Shown here in pieces: positions 20,312 to 29,650 of a stretch of DNA of 64,000 bases. The translations under genes were made by a program, and so were the position numbers. The notes below the pieces were generated by a model. That model did not search any database and had not been told where the DNA came from. It saw only the letters and a program-made list of their open reading frames with translations. Numbering within the stretch: the stretch's first letter is position 1; each line of letters starts with the position of its first letter. This stretch comes from Syntrophales bacterium. Lineage in GTDB: Bacteria; Desulfobacterota; Syntrophia; Syntrophales; UBA6807. The stretch lies in the NCBI GenBank assembly GCA_040767195.1, contig JAXGPA010000003.1, forward strand, positions 128,001 to 192,000. Reading direction: 5' to 3'.

Positions 20312-21433
20312 TCAATTTTTCGGCGTAATGTCCTCGATGTCCTGTTCCCCTTTAGGTTCAAGGGCCAGGCGGACAAGACCGTCGCCGGTCTTTGAAAAAT
20401 CAAGTTCCGTCAAATGCAGGGCCCGGACACGCCGGTTGTGCTGCGTGTGATAATAAAGAACCTTTTCGGAAAGGTCCCACGCCGTCGTCCATATGGTGGA
20501 ACTGCGCATGCCTTGCGTTCCGGCGGAGCCGTCGGACCCTTCGGCGGAGCCGAGAGGTATGTTGAAATTATCGAGGATCCTGAAAACCTCGTACACCGTT
20601 TCAGAAGATGTCGCCGTAGGGCGTGCCGTCTGTGTCCAGGCGACGGCGCGGACAAACCGGGAAGGAGGCGTGTTGTCACCGGGCAACCCGATCATTCCGC
20701 TGCCTCCCCCCAGGGGTTCGAAATCGAGATTTTCAATTTTCTTGTCCGGCAGGGCGACGGGCGAAAGATTCAAATAATTCCTCAAATTGGTCATGTGCCA
20801 GTCGTAAGTCGGCCCGTTCGTGATGACCCCGAGGGGATTGTCAAATATCTTCATCCCGCCGTCCTTGAACTCGATGACGACGGATTTTCCCTCGGGGCCT
20901 GTGATCATCCAGTGCGCGTAAACGGGGATTCCGATGGCGTCTTCCACGACGGGAACGACCCTGACTTCTCTCAAGCCTGCGAGAGCCTCATCCACCGTTG
21001 CAAACCGCGTGAGAATGAAGTTCGTCACATCGAGGGCCGTGATGGACTTAGCCGCCTTGTTCCTTTCGTATTCCGGGTAATCGGCGAATCCCATGTGGTA
21101 GAAAAGTCCCGCGGCCAGCCCCTTCTCGTTCATGCCGTCGGCGACGTAATTTTTCCCGAGCATATCCAGCCCGACGACGCCATATTTTGCTTTCCAGGTC
21201 ATGCCGTTCATTCCCTCCGGGGTCAGTCCGGTCAGGGAAAAGCCACGGGGAATGATCATGACACGGGATTGGAGGTCAAATTTACCCCACTCCATAGTAC
21301 GGCCGTAAACGACCCCCCCATCGGCGGCCGTCAACCGGATTCCGGTGCAGGCCCGGCCCGAGTTCACGGAAATTGCGAGGAGAAACAGGAGAAGCAGGAG
21401 CCCCGGAATGAACATGGTTCTGTTCAGCTTCAT
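20312..21433 (-). CDS. Ntn-hydrolase, choloylglycine hydrolase/penicillin V acylase family
   Basis: Signal peptide then CTG nucleophile, GRTME, DGMNEKGL, TNGP, LPGD..SRFVR. Confidence 0.88.
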   Translation of the reverse strand: MKLNRTMFIPGLLLLLFLLAISVNSGRACTGIRLTAADGGVVYGRTMEWGKFDLQSRVMIIPRGFSLTGLTPEGMNGMTWKAKYGVVGLDMLGKNYVADGMNEKGLAAGLFYHMGFADYPEYERNKAAKSITALDVTNFILTRFATVDEALAGLREVRVVPVVEDAIGIPVYAHWMITGPEGKSVVIEFKDGGMKIFDNPLGVITNGPTYDWHMTNLRNYLNLSPVALPDKKIENLDFEPLGGGSGMIGLPGDNTPPSRFVRAVAWTQTARPTATSSETVYEVFRILDNFNIPLGSAEGSDGSAGTQGMRSSTIWTTAWDLSEKVLYYHTQHNRRVRALHLTELDFSKTGDGLVRLALEPKGEQDIEDITPKN

Positions 21434-21503
21434 TTTGCCTCCTTTTGCATGACGGATTTGCACCTATGACAGCTCTCATCCACCGGCCGGGAATCCTCGC
21501 AGT

Positions 21504-21872
21504 TCATTTCCCGTATTCCGCATCCAGAAAAGCCTCCAGACGCTCCATGGTTTGTTCGGCCACCTTTTTTTCTTTGGTAAAATAGCGCCGCAATCGCTCA
21601 ACAAGGAGCCTTTGTTTCGTTCTGTCATCAGAATAATATTCATGCTTCAACAACTTTTCCACCCAGGCCAGATTCGATCCCACTTCTTCAGGAATGCGTT
21701 CCCCGTCATGACGGACGGCGTCGCTCGGGCAGATGTCGTGACAGACCCCGCATCGTATGCACTCGTCTTCATTGATGAAAGCAACGTCTTCCTTCATAGA
21801 AATAGCGCCGACGTAACATTCATCGACGCAGATCCCGCATCCGTTACAAAGTTCTTTTTTGATCCAGGGCAT
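21504..21872 (-). CDS. 2x[4Fe-4S] dicluster protein
   Basis: CNGCGICVDEC and CIRCGVCHDICP. Confidence 0.85.
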   Translation of the reverse strand: MPWIKKELCNGCGICVDECYVGAISMKEDVAFINEDECIRCGVCHDICPSDAVRHDGERIPEEVGSNLAWVEKLLKHEYYSDDRTKQRLLVERLRRYFTKEKKVAEQTMERLEAFLDAEYGK

Positions 21873-21921
21873 CTCGATGTCTCTCCTCCTTAAATATTTT
21901 AGGGTTTAGGGGTCGGGTTTA

Positions 21922-22220
21922 GGGGTCGGACCAAGTTATCCTATTGATATCGAAAAGTAATCGCTCAAAAAACAGGCGTTTTTGAGCCTTAGAACGGCAA
22001 TTTCAATGGTAAAATCGATCCTGTAAAGAAAACCAACCCATCATTCATTGATGACACATCACACATATCCGAAGATGCGAGGTCTATTTACCCATGGCAT
22101 TGTATGACTCGAATCTTAAAAAGCCATTTTTAACGTTAAAAATGCTGGTTTAAGCCAAAAAATCAGAGAAAATTTGTCTACTATTGGAATAATATTAAAT
22201 TGTTATCTTGGTCCGACCCC
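21922..22220 (-). mobile_element. 299-bp MITE-like internally deleted derivative of RAYT-like element
   Basis: Inverted ends GGGGTCGGACCAAG / CTTGGTCCGACCCC, both 64-nt boxes, decayed transposase start and C-terminus. Confidence 0.88.
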
Positions 22221-22274
22221 AGTGATCCCAATAATCGTGACTCCCGCGAGCTAAAGGGCGTTTTTCATTACAAA

Positions 22275-23462
22275 TCAATCCGGGGCCAAACCCTTATCCT
22301 CCGCTGAAACAAATTGCCGGTACAGGTATTCGATGACCTCCCGGTCCAGCGGGAATTGGCCCGGCCATTCACGGATCTTTGCCTGTCCTTTTGAGAGTTC
22401 CCCGCGGGGAACGACAACACGAACGCCGAAGGGAGTCTGCACCTCTAAGGCGTTCTTTTCGGCCACCTGATGGGAACCGTCCAGTTTCAGGGCAACGGTG
22501 CCTGAACGGGTAATGAGCTTTTGGTTGGCAAGCCTTTCATCCCGGCAAGGCGCACAGACACTGCGACAAAAGCCGCATACCGTATAGTAGAACCAGTCAG
22601 GATCGAAAACGGCCTTCCGATAGTTGGAGAAGTAGCTTCCGGCGTCCTGCATCTGGGGATCTGACTTCTGCAGACTGATACACAGCGCGTCAAGCTCCCT
22701 CTTGTCTTCGGGTATCGATCGACCAAGGCGGTAGGGACTCCAGTTCGACCATGCACCTGAGGCGGCAGTCCCCTCATATCCGGTGCAGCCTATCCAGCAG
22801 CAGGTATTGGGCCGCTTGCGTGATATGGTTTCGGTGATGCCGGCGACGGTGACTTGGGTCGACGTCTTGGGGTGAATCATTCCCACAGGGCAGACGAGGC
22901 TGCACATTTTGCACTTGTCACAGGGGTGTTTTTTGTCCGGGATCGGTACGTCAGGCGTTAAAATGGCGGAGGTCAGGACACTCCCAAGCTCAACCAGCGC
23001 ACCGTATTCCCTGGTCAGCAAATTGCCGCTCCAGCCTAACCGCCCTATTCCAGCTGCAACAGCTCCGTAACGGTGAGAAAAAACCGGGTGAAACTCGGTC
23101 ATCTCAGTGATGTCTGCGGCGTTTTTCTCAGGCCGAAAATTGTTGTTGAGGTCAACATTGACAGCTTCGAAGCCTTCCGATCGCAGTTGCCCGGCAAGCC
23201 GGTCGCCGATTTTATAGAGTTTCCGCGCAACGTCTTTTCTGTTTTCGCAGTGAGGACGCCATTTTTTCTTACTGATAAAATCGTTTGCCGTTTCCCTGTC
23301 CAGTGAGACCGCGAAAGAAATAACCGAGTTTGCCGACGGCAAAAGATAGCGTGGATCGGCGGAGGGCGGCCCGTCAGCCATAACGCGCCTCGACGTGATG
23401 CCAATCAGATCGGCACCACAATTCCTGGCCAGGGATTTCAGTTTCGTTTCAGCATGTCCCAT
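22275..23462 (-). CDS. Epoxyqueuosine reductase/reductive dehalogenase-like Fe-S protein
   Basis: GADLIGI, FSHRYGAVAAGIGRLGWSG, CDKCKMCSLVCP, CGFCRSVC. Confidence 0.7.
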   Translation of the reverse strand: MGHAETKLKSLARNCGADLIGITSRRVMADGPPSADPRYLLPSANSVISFAVSLDRETANDFISKKKWRPHCENRKDVARKLYKIGDRLAGQLRSEGFEAVNVDLNNNFRPEKNAADITEMTEFHPVFSHRYGAVAAGIGRLGWSGNLLTREYGALVELGSVLTSAILTPDVPIPDKKHPCDKCKMCSLVCPVGMIHPKTSTQVTVAGITETISRKRPNTCCWIGCTGYEGTAASGAWSNWSPYRLGRSIPEDKRELDALCISLQKSDPQMQDAGSYFSNYRKAVFDPDWFYYTVCGFCRSVCAPCRDERLANQKLITRSGTVALKLDGSHQVAEKNALEVQTPFGVRVVVPRGELSKGQAKIREWPGQFPLDREVIEYLYRQFVSAEDKGLAPD

Positions 23463-23490
23463 CGCTTTAGTTCATCGCTCCTATGCTTTT

Positions 23491-23564
23491 GTCCAATGTC
23501 GCCATCACCTTTTGAGTGAAGTGCAGCGGTACTCATTCACGTGCTTGTATTTGTCGGTTAGCCA
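23491..23564 (-). other. attC-like site
   Basis: Minus strand TGGCTAAC...(A)TTGGAC, 5 nt after the upstream stop codon; imperfect inverted repeat. Confidence 0.55.
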
Positions 23565-23569
23565 TCATC

Positions 23570-23935
23570 CTAGCTCGATAACCAGGCTTCTGCCTCTGCC
23601 TTTTGATCCCTATCAAAAGCTCTAATTTTCAGACCTGGAAACAACGCCCCTTCGAATTCACTCACTTTCTTCAACCAGGTTCTGTCAGTCAACACCGCCG
23701 CTCGGTCAAACTTCTTCATGAGACCAACCATTGAAGGAAAGCGCGAAAACTCAATTGCAATTGCACCAAGCGATGGCAGATGAAAGTCTTCAATTTCATA
23801 CAACATTCTTCCATTTTCGATATTCTTCGACTTGTTGATTAGTTCATCTAGAGCAATTTTCATTGCTTCAGTGTCCAACTTCCCACTCAACCAAATATTT
23901 AAACGATTCATACCATGTCGTTCTACTTTAAACAT
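23570..23935 (-). CDS. SpoIIAA-like (STAS/SEC14) protein
   Basis: SGKLD, FDRAAVLTD..W, IRAFD...EAEAWL. Confidence 0.8.
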   Translation of the reverse strand: MFKVERHGMNRLNIWLSGKLDTEAMKIALDELINKSKNIENGRMLYEIEDFHLPSLGAIAIEFSRFPSMVGLMKKFDRAAVLTDRTWLKKVSEFEGALFPGLKIRAFDRDQKAEAEAWLSS

Positions 23936-23948
23936 GAATTTCCACTTT

Positions 23949-24256
23949 CAGGTCAGACCAGGTTATCCGAGTTATCTTATTGGTATCCAAAAATAATCGC
24001 TCATAATAACTAGAGTTATGAAGCCTTAAAATGCCAATTTCAGACGCAAAATTGAGTTTGTAAAAAAACAACCCTGCATTCACTGATGACAGGTCAAACG
24101 CATCAAAAGAGGTAACCTCCATTTACCCCATGGCATTATATGAATCAAAGCTTAAACCGACATTTTTAACGTTAAAAATGTCGGTTTAAGCCAAATAATC
24201 AGAGAAAATATGTCTATTATTGAAGTTATATTAAACCGTTACCTTGGTCCGACCCC
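23949..24256 (-). mobile_element. ~308-bp MITE-like derivative of RAYT-like element
   Basis: Degenerate left end GGTCAGACCAGG with 9-nt internal duplication, intact right end; collinear with 21922-22220. Confidence 0.85.
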
Positions 24257-25959
24257 GAGGACCCAGGAAATTCGAAGACGAATCGGGAATGAGACCTGTC
24301 CTGCTGTTCCTGGAAGTCCCCGCCGTGGTTCTGCATGGTACGCTGAATGATGCGCAGTTGTCGTCCTTCCAGAGGAGCGGTTTCCGGTGATGTCGCGGCC
24401 GAGATGCGGAGCCACGATTTCCCGCGAGTCTCTCCATAAACGAGCTCGATGTGCTCGAATCCCCTAACGGCAAGCCGCTCGAAGAGGATCAGGAGAAGAT
24501 CCTGAAATACGGCCCTGTCCATCCGAACCTGCGCCGCTTGACGGCATGAGGGGTCCAGATCAAACCGGACCCCTTCAAAGAGCGGATGCTCGGCGATCCG
24601 GGAAGCAAGCGCCTTGAGGAAGGTCCCGCCCGCTCCTGTAGCCTCCAGGACGGCCTCGTCGCTGAACAGGGGTTCGCGCGCCTTGCTCACCACCTCCTCC
24701 ACGGCCTCGGACAGGTCGAATCCTTCTTCCGGAAGAACGAACCGGAAACCATAAGTCGCGTGGTAAAACTCGGAGAAAAGGGTCTTTATCCGTCGCAGCA
24801 GAAGGGGGTTCATCAAATAGGAAACGCTCTCCGGGGAGAACGTCTTGTCGAACCGGGCCATGAAGTGAAGCGCCCGAACCAGGATGACATTCTTGAGTTC
24901 CTTACCCTTGAAGTCCTCCACGAAGTAGTGAAAATCATCGATCAGGCGTTCCACGGCCGGCAGATCGATGGCATTCTGAAGGTTGCCCGCCTCCTCCTTT
25001 TCGTCCAGGATTTCAAGCCAGTGTGCTGTCTTGAGGAGCCGTGCGGACACCACGGCGAAGAGGACGCTGATCTCATCCAGGACAATGCCCGCATAGTCCA
25101 GAAGATCAAGCAATCGCTGACGGTTCAGGGGGATCAGGTCCGAGAGCGTCTTAAGCTGCCGTTCCTGGCGATGAATGATCTTCTCGAACTGGTCAAATGA
25201 AAACGGCTTTCCATGCCCCGGAACGACCCACTCGATCTCCCGATTCCGGCCCAACCAGCGCAGCAGGCTCAGCGTTTCGTCGAGCGCTTCCGGATCCCAC
25301 CCCACGGCACCGGCCACGCCGATGTCGGTCGCAAAAGGAAGGTCTCCCACAAAGAGGCACTTTCCCACAAGGAAACTGACACCGTCCGGACTGTGTCCGG
25401 GCGTCTGAAAGATTTCCATCCGGTCGTGACCGTTGACGGCCACCTGAACCGTGGGGACAGAAGATCCCGCCTGAATCTCCACCCGTTCCGGCTGAAACAT
25501 TTCCTCGAAGGGGTGGTAAGCCGGAGGGCCCGCCTCAACGGGTTCCTCGGCTCCGAAAATACCGGCCCACACGTCGCAGGCCGGTACGTCGAGCGCGTGC
25601 AGGTCGGACACCGTCACCGCACGATCCCGCCTGCTCAATAGCCGGGCCCCCTCGGCATGGCAGATCAACCGCGCCCCCAAAGCTCCTTCAAGCAGGAATG
25701 GCACCGCGAAAAAATGATCGATGTGGCAATGACTCAGGTAGACAAACACCGGTTTCGAAGCTTCCGCCAGGAGGGACGTCAGAATCTTCCCGATCTCGGC
25801 GATCTGAAGGGTGTCGGCCCCTGGATCCATGACGATGATCTGAGAGGACGTGGCCAGAACGAAGCTGTTCGAGCAGAGAATGCTGGGCTGTCGGATCAGC
25901 GGATAAATCTGCACCTCCCGTGTCCCTGGAACCTGAGTCCATTTTCCGTTTTCAATCAA
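24226..25959 (-). CDS. MBL-fold metallohydrolase with large helical/kinase-like C-terminal region
   Basis: SHCHIDH, TPGHS, FVGD, VPGHG; stop codon lies inside the MITE. Confidence 0.75.
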   Translation of the reverse strand: MIENGKWTQVPGTREVQIYPLIRQPSILCSNSFVLATSSQIIVMDPGADTLQIAEIGKILTSLLAEASKPVFVYLSHCHIDHFFAVPFLLEGALGARLICHAEGARLLSRRDRAVTVSDLHALDVPACDVWAGIFGAEEPVEAGPPAYHPFEEMFQPERVEIQAGSSVPTVQVAVNGHDRMEIFQTPGHSPDGVSFLVGKCLFVGDLPFATDIGVAGAVGWDPEALDETLSLLRWLGRNREIEWVVPGHGKPFSFDQFEKIIHRQERQLKTLSDLIPLNRQRLLDLLDYAGIVLDEISVLFAVVSARLLKTAHWLEILDEKEEAGNLQNAIDLPAVERLIDDFHYFVEDFKGKELKNVILVRALHFMARFDKTFSPESVSYLMNPLLLRRIKTLFSEFYHATYGFRFVLPEEGFDLSEAVEEVVSKAREPLFSDEAVLEATGAGGTFLKALASRIAEHPLFEGVRFDLDPSCRQAAQVRMDRAVFQDLLLILFERLAVRGFEHIELVYGETRGKSWLRISAATSPETAPLEGRQLRIIQRTMQNHGGDFQEQQDRSHSRFVFEFPGSSGSDQGNGLI

Positions 25960-26096
25960 GGGATTCTCCTTTCCCCCCGAATTCGGGGCTACCGACGGGA
26001 AATGTCACCCATCGCCTATCATGCGCTTAACGATCCTGCAGGTTTCACATCGAGTCGGCACGATATCTCGTGCTTAAAGTGACTTATTGTTTGGTG

Positions 26097-26159
26097 GTGC
26101 TGACGTTCCGGTTCAGCGGCGGCGCGCCGGCAACGTCCGCTGGAACCGGTTGTTATGGC
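26097..26159 (-). other. attC site
   Basis: Minus strand GCCATAAC-AACCGGTTCCAGCGG...CCGCTGAACCGGAAC-GTCAGCAC: R''/L''/L'/R' with extra C in L''. Confidence 0.8.
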
Positions 26160-26194
26160 GTATTCCAGGAGCTGCGTTTTTTCGCTCTGGAACG

Positions 26195-26764
26195 TCACAA
26201 GCCGGCCCGTCCCAACCAATACAGTAACAAAAGAATCAGCCCCGCCACGAAAACAACGACGAACCAATCGTGGACCTTAAACAGCTGCGGCAGGGTCAGG
26301 TCGCCGAAATCGCCTTTCTTCAGAATACCCTGATTGAGTCGGGGATAGAGTGCGGCGAAAAGACTGGTGCCGATCAGAATGCCCGCCAGCCCTCCCACCG
26401 CCGCGTCCAGGTAGCCATTCCCGATGGCGCCCGCGATGGTTCCAGGACAATAGCCCAACACCGCAAATCCGATCCCGAAAATCAGCCCGCCAATGATGTT
26501 CATGCCCGCCGAACCGGTTTTGGGATTCAGTTGTACCCAGCCCAACGATTTCATGGCATAGATCCCGATCATTCCGGTCAGGACGGCGGATAGCATGATT
26601 TTCAGGACAGTGAAATCAGTAAGCAGAAGTTGTCCGAGGATCACGTCGTACTTTGTCGCGCCTCCTTTCTGCAGCAGAAAGCCGAACACGATGCCAAACA
26701 CCAATCCCCAAAGCAAAGTGGGTTTGTCTTCAAATCGTGCTGTTCCCGGATTCTTTGCATGCAT
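26195..26764 (-). CDS. YeeE/YedE family sulfur transporter half
   Basis: FGFLLQK, GYCPGT conserved Cys. Confidence 0.82.
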   Translation of the reverse strand: MHAKNPGTARFEDKPTLLWGLVFGIVFGFLLQKGGATKYDVILGQLLLTDFTVLKIMLSAVLTGMIGIYAMKSLGWVQLNPKTGSAGMNIIGGLIFGIGFAVLGYCPGTIAGAIGNGYLDAAVGGLAGILIGTSLFAALYPRLNQGILKKGDFGDLTLPQLFKVHDWFVVVFVAGLILLLLYWLGRAGL

Positions 26765-26775
26765 GTGTCTCTCCG

Positions 26776-27309
26776 CTAACCGATCAATCTGAAAATCAGA
26801 TGCGCCGTCAGGATCCCGCCGATGAAAAAGCAAGCAGCAGAGATCCAGCTCGAAACAGCCAGTTGCAGCGTGCCGCTGATGCCATGCCCGCTGGTACATC
26901 CGTCGGCCCACCGGCTGCCGAAACCGATGATAACACCGCCCAGCAGCGCCGTACCAACTCGCAGCAAGGGCGCGCTGCCAAATCCGCTTTCCCAGGTTGA
27001 AGGGACCCATTGCCAGCGAAAATCACCGGACAGCAGCGCTGAAAACAACGAGCCGATGACAATGCCCAGAACCAGCATCATCTGCCAATCCACAACAAGC
27101 TGTAACTTTTTATAGTAAGGCTTCTGCTCCACTTTATCACCTCGAAAGAGCATTTCGATCATGCCGCCCAGCTTGGCAAATGTGGTCGAGCAGGCGATGG
27201 GTCTTTTGGAGATGAAAAAGGTGAGCCAACTGAGGATGCCGATACTGATCCCAACCCCGTAGGGAGACCAGCGGACTTGAGTGAAAAGATCCATCATGTT
27301 TAACCCCAA
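26776..27309 (-). CDS. YeeE/YedE family sulfur transporter half
   Basis: WSPY, ADGCTSGHGISG. Confidence 0.82.
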   Translation of the reverse strand: MGLNMMDLFTQVRWSPYGVGISIGILSWLTFFISKRPIACSTTFAKLGGMIEMLFRGDKVEQKPYYKKLQLVVDWQMMLVLGIVIGSLFSALLSGDFRWQWVPSTWESGFGSAPLLRVGTALLGGVIIGFGSRWADGCTSGHGISGTLQLAVSSWISAACFFIGGILTAHLIFRLIG

Positions 27310-27312
27310 TTC

Positions 27313-28764
27313 TTATGCCGCATCCCAATGTCGTTTGACTTCGCTTAAATTCGTGAAGAACCTGGAACCGTGTGGATTGACACAAGCCCGGCAATCCCGG
27401 GTATAACCGGCTGCGCTGTAGCCTGTCATTCCACCGGCAATATTGTACACATCCTTGAATCCATGCTGTTCGAGGAGGCTGGCGCCGAGACTGGAACGAT
27501 TGCCTGTGCTGCAGATAAGGACGGTCGTTTTGTCCCTGTTCAACTCGTTGTAACGGGTGCGCAGGTCGGCCACCGGGATGTTGATGGCGCCCTCGATATG
27601 GTTGTCTTCATATTCCAGTGGAGCGCGCACATCGAGCAGCACAAAGTCAAAATCGCCGGCGATCATATCTTGCAGATCTTCTGCGGAGAGCAGTTTGATG
27701 CTGCGGGTCTTGAGGCCAGCCAACGCCCAGGCCACCATGCCGCTGTCCAGGTAGCCCACGATGCGATCTACCCCAACCCGTCGGGCCCAGGTGATGGCTT
27801 CCAGCGCTGTGCTGTAATCATCCGCCACCAGCAACACATCTTTGTCGGTGGGCAGGACCCAGCCGGCAAAGGTGGGAAAATTGCCGTTGAGATCGAGATG
27901 CCAGGCGCCGGGAATGTGCTGGCCGGCATAAGCATGGTAGCTGCGGGTATCCAGCACCAACACCCCGGGATCGCTCATACGCTCTTTGAATTGGCTTGTA
28001 CTCAACTCTTCGACAGCAAGGAGTTCATCAAGCCTTGCCGGGCCGTGCCGGTTGATGTCGCTGCAGCGGCTGAAATGATCAGGCGCGGGCGGCATGTTCT
28101 CGGTAAGCGACTTGACGAACGCGGACTTGTCTTTAATTTGCAGGGTCGTGTTGAATTTGCGCTCGTAGCCGATGGTGCTGGTCCATTTAGCGCCCATGGC
28201 GCGGCCGCACAGGGACCCGGCCCCATGGGCCGGGTAGACCTCAACATAATCGGGCAACTGCAGCAACTTGTCATGCAGGCTGTGGTAGAGTTGCCCGGCC
28301 AGCTCCCGGGCGATGTCGGGAAACAGGTCCGGTCGGCCCACATCCCCCACAAAGAGCGTATCACCCACGAACACGCCGATCGGGCTGTCGGAGCGGGATT
28401 TATCGATCACGACATAACTGAGATGTTCCGGGGTGTGGCCCGGCGTTTCCAGGACCTTGAGAACCATGTCCTCCAGCTCGATGGTATCGCCTTCCGACAG
28501 GGCAACATGGTTGAAAGTGCATTGTGCTGATTGCGCCACATAGATCTTGGCCCCGGTCTTCTGCGCCAGATCCATGTGCCCCGAAATGAAATCGGCATGA
28601 AGATGGGTTTGTAGAATGTGGGTGATATCAACCCCCAGGGCGCGGGCCTCCGTGATGTAGAGATCCACATCACGCTGGGGGTCGATCACGGCACAGCTGT
28701 TCTTGCCGGCGAGGATGTAAGAGCTGTGTGCGATTTTACCGGTGAAGAAGTGCTTGAGTAACAT
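27313..28764 (-). CDS. MBL-fold persulfide dioxygenase-like protein with two rhodanese domains
   Basis: THLHADFISG, TPGHTPEH, GDVGRPDL, HGAGSLCG, CSTGNRS. Confidence 0.85.
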   Translation of the reverse strand: MLLKHFFTGKIAHSSYILAGKNSCAVIDPQRDVDLYITEARALGVDITHILQTHLHADFISGHMDLAQKTGAKIYVAQSAQCTFNHVALSEGDTIELEDMVLKVLETPGHTPEHLSYVVIDKSRSDSPIGVFVGDTLFVGDVGRPDLFPDIARELAGQLYHSLHDKLLQLPDYVEVYPAHGAGSLCGRAMGAKWTSTIGYERKFNTTLQIKDKSAFVKSLTENMPPAPDHFSRCSDINRHGPARLDELLAVEELSTSQFKERMSDPGVLVLDTRSYHAYAGQHIPGAWHLDLNGNFPTFAGWVLPTDKDVLLVADDYSTALEAITWARRVGVDRIVGYLDSGMVAWALAGLKTRSIKLLSAEDLQDMIAGDFDFVLLDVRAPLEYEDNHIEGAINIPVADLRTRYNELNRDKTTVLICSTGNRSSLGASLLEQHGFKDVYNIAGGMTGYSAAGYTRDCRACVNPHGSRFFTNLSEVKRHWDAA

Positions 28765-28949
28765 GAGGTTTCTCCTATGCGCTTTGGGTTACAGGTAAAA
28801 AGGACAGAATACAGTTACTGCCACAAGCAAGAAAAAAAAGGTCATCCGCTGCCAGCCTTAATGCAGTCCGCGTTGCGATGGCCGCCTGTGGACATCTGCA
28901 GCTTCAATAGTCAGATTCCCTCTTTCGCGGGAACGAAACATTGGACAGC

Positions 28950-29327
28950 TTAATAATTTTTTGCGAGACCATCAAATTTAATATGCAGGCTGTCAGCTAC
29001 TTGTTCCAGTTTCTTGTCAAGTGTCCAAAATGGAATGCCCGTTAATAGAGCGGATGCAATCAGTTGAACATCCACATAACCGATACCTTTTCCCATTAAA
29101 CGGTTATTCTCAATAAAAGACAGTACTTCTTCATGTTCGGCTTCAATGCTCATTGGTAATAGTCGGAGAAAGGAAAGTATAACGTCTCTGTCCTTGAGAT
29201 TCCCGCAAGCCAGTTCTCCAACAATTAATGGATGGCATATTACCCTGCCGTTATGAAGCAAATCTGCCAATTCAGCATTCCCATCTCGTAAATGCGAGAC
29301 CCAGACAGACGTGTCCGCCAGAACCAT
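28950..29327 (-). CDS. vapC: VapC PIN-domain toxin
   Basis: VLADTSVW, GELACG, GYVD, WTLDKKL. Confidence 0.9.
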   Translation of the reverse strand: MVLADTSVWVSHLRDGNAELADLLHNGRVICHPLIVGELACGNLKDRDVILSFLRLLPMSIEAEHEEVLSFIENNRLMGKGIGYVDVQLIASALLTGIPFWTLDKKLEQVADSLHIKFDGLAKNY

Positions 29328-29333
29328 GAGCTG

Positions 29334-29525
29334 TTATGCTCCCTTTCTTCTTGGTATTTCCTGAAGTTTTTTTTGAGTTCCACCCAGCTTCGCAAGCCTC
29401 CGGGCGCTTTCCTTCTCAATCAGCGCTTCCAGGCCCAGTTTGACGAGTGTTGTTTTCTCTTTAATTCCGGTAATTTTAATTGCTTTATCGAGTAAATTAT
29501 CTTCGATATTCAACGTTGTTCTCAT
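29334..29525 (-). CDS. vapB: VapB antitoxin
   Basis: MRTTLNIED..L, upstream of vapC. Confidence 0.88.
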   Translation of the reverse strand: MRTTLNIEDNLLDKAIKITGIKEKTTLVKLGLEALIEKESARRLAKLGGTQKKLQEIPRRKGA

Positions 29526-29552
29526 GCGATCACCTCATACAAATGTGATGCT

Positions 29553-29570
29553 ATAATATGTACATATTAT
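29553..29570. promoter_or_regulatory. Probable vapBC autorepression operator
   Basis: Perfect 18-bp palindrome ATAATATGTACATATTAT 27 nt upstream of vapB. Confidence 0.6.
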
Positions 29571-29592
29571 GCATATATGTCAAGGATATTTT

Positions 29593-29650
29593 ATGATAAC
29601 GTGCTGGTCACCGCAGCTGAAAGCCGTCCGCTTGTGTAGCTGGTTATGAG
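29593..29650 (-). other. attC site
   Basis: Minus strand CTCATAAC (contains GNAT stop)...GTTATCAT; R'' is the exact complement of the cassette's leading GTTATGAG. Confidence 0.75.

Noticed and set aside
23928..24122. 64-aa ORF
   Set aside because: Lies within the MITE; a decayed transposase C-terminal remnant
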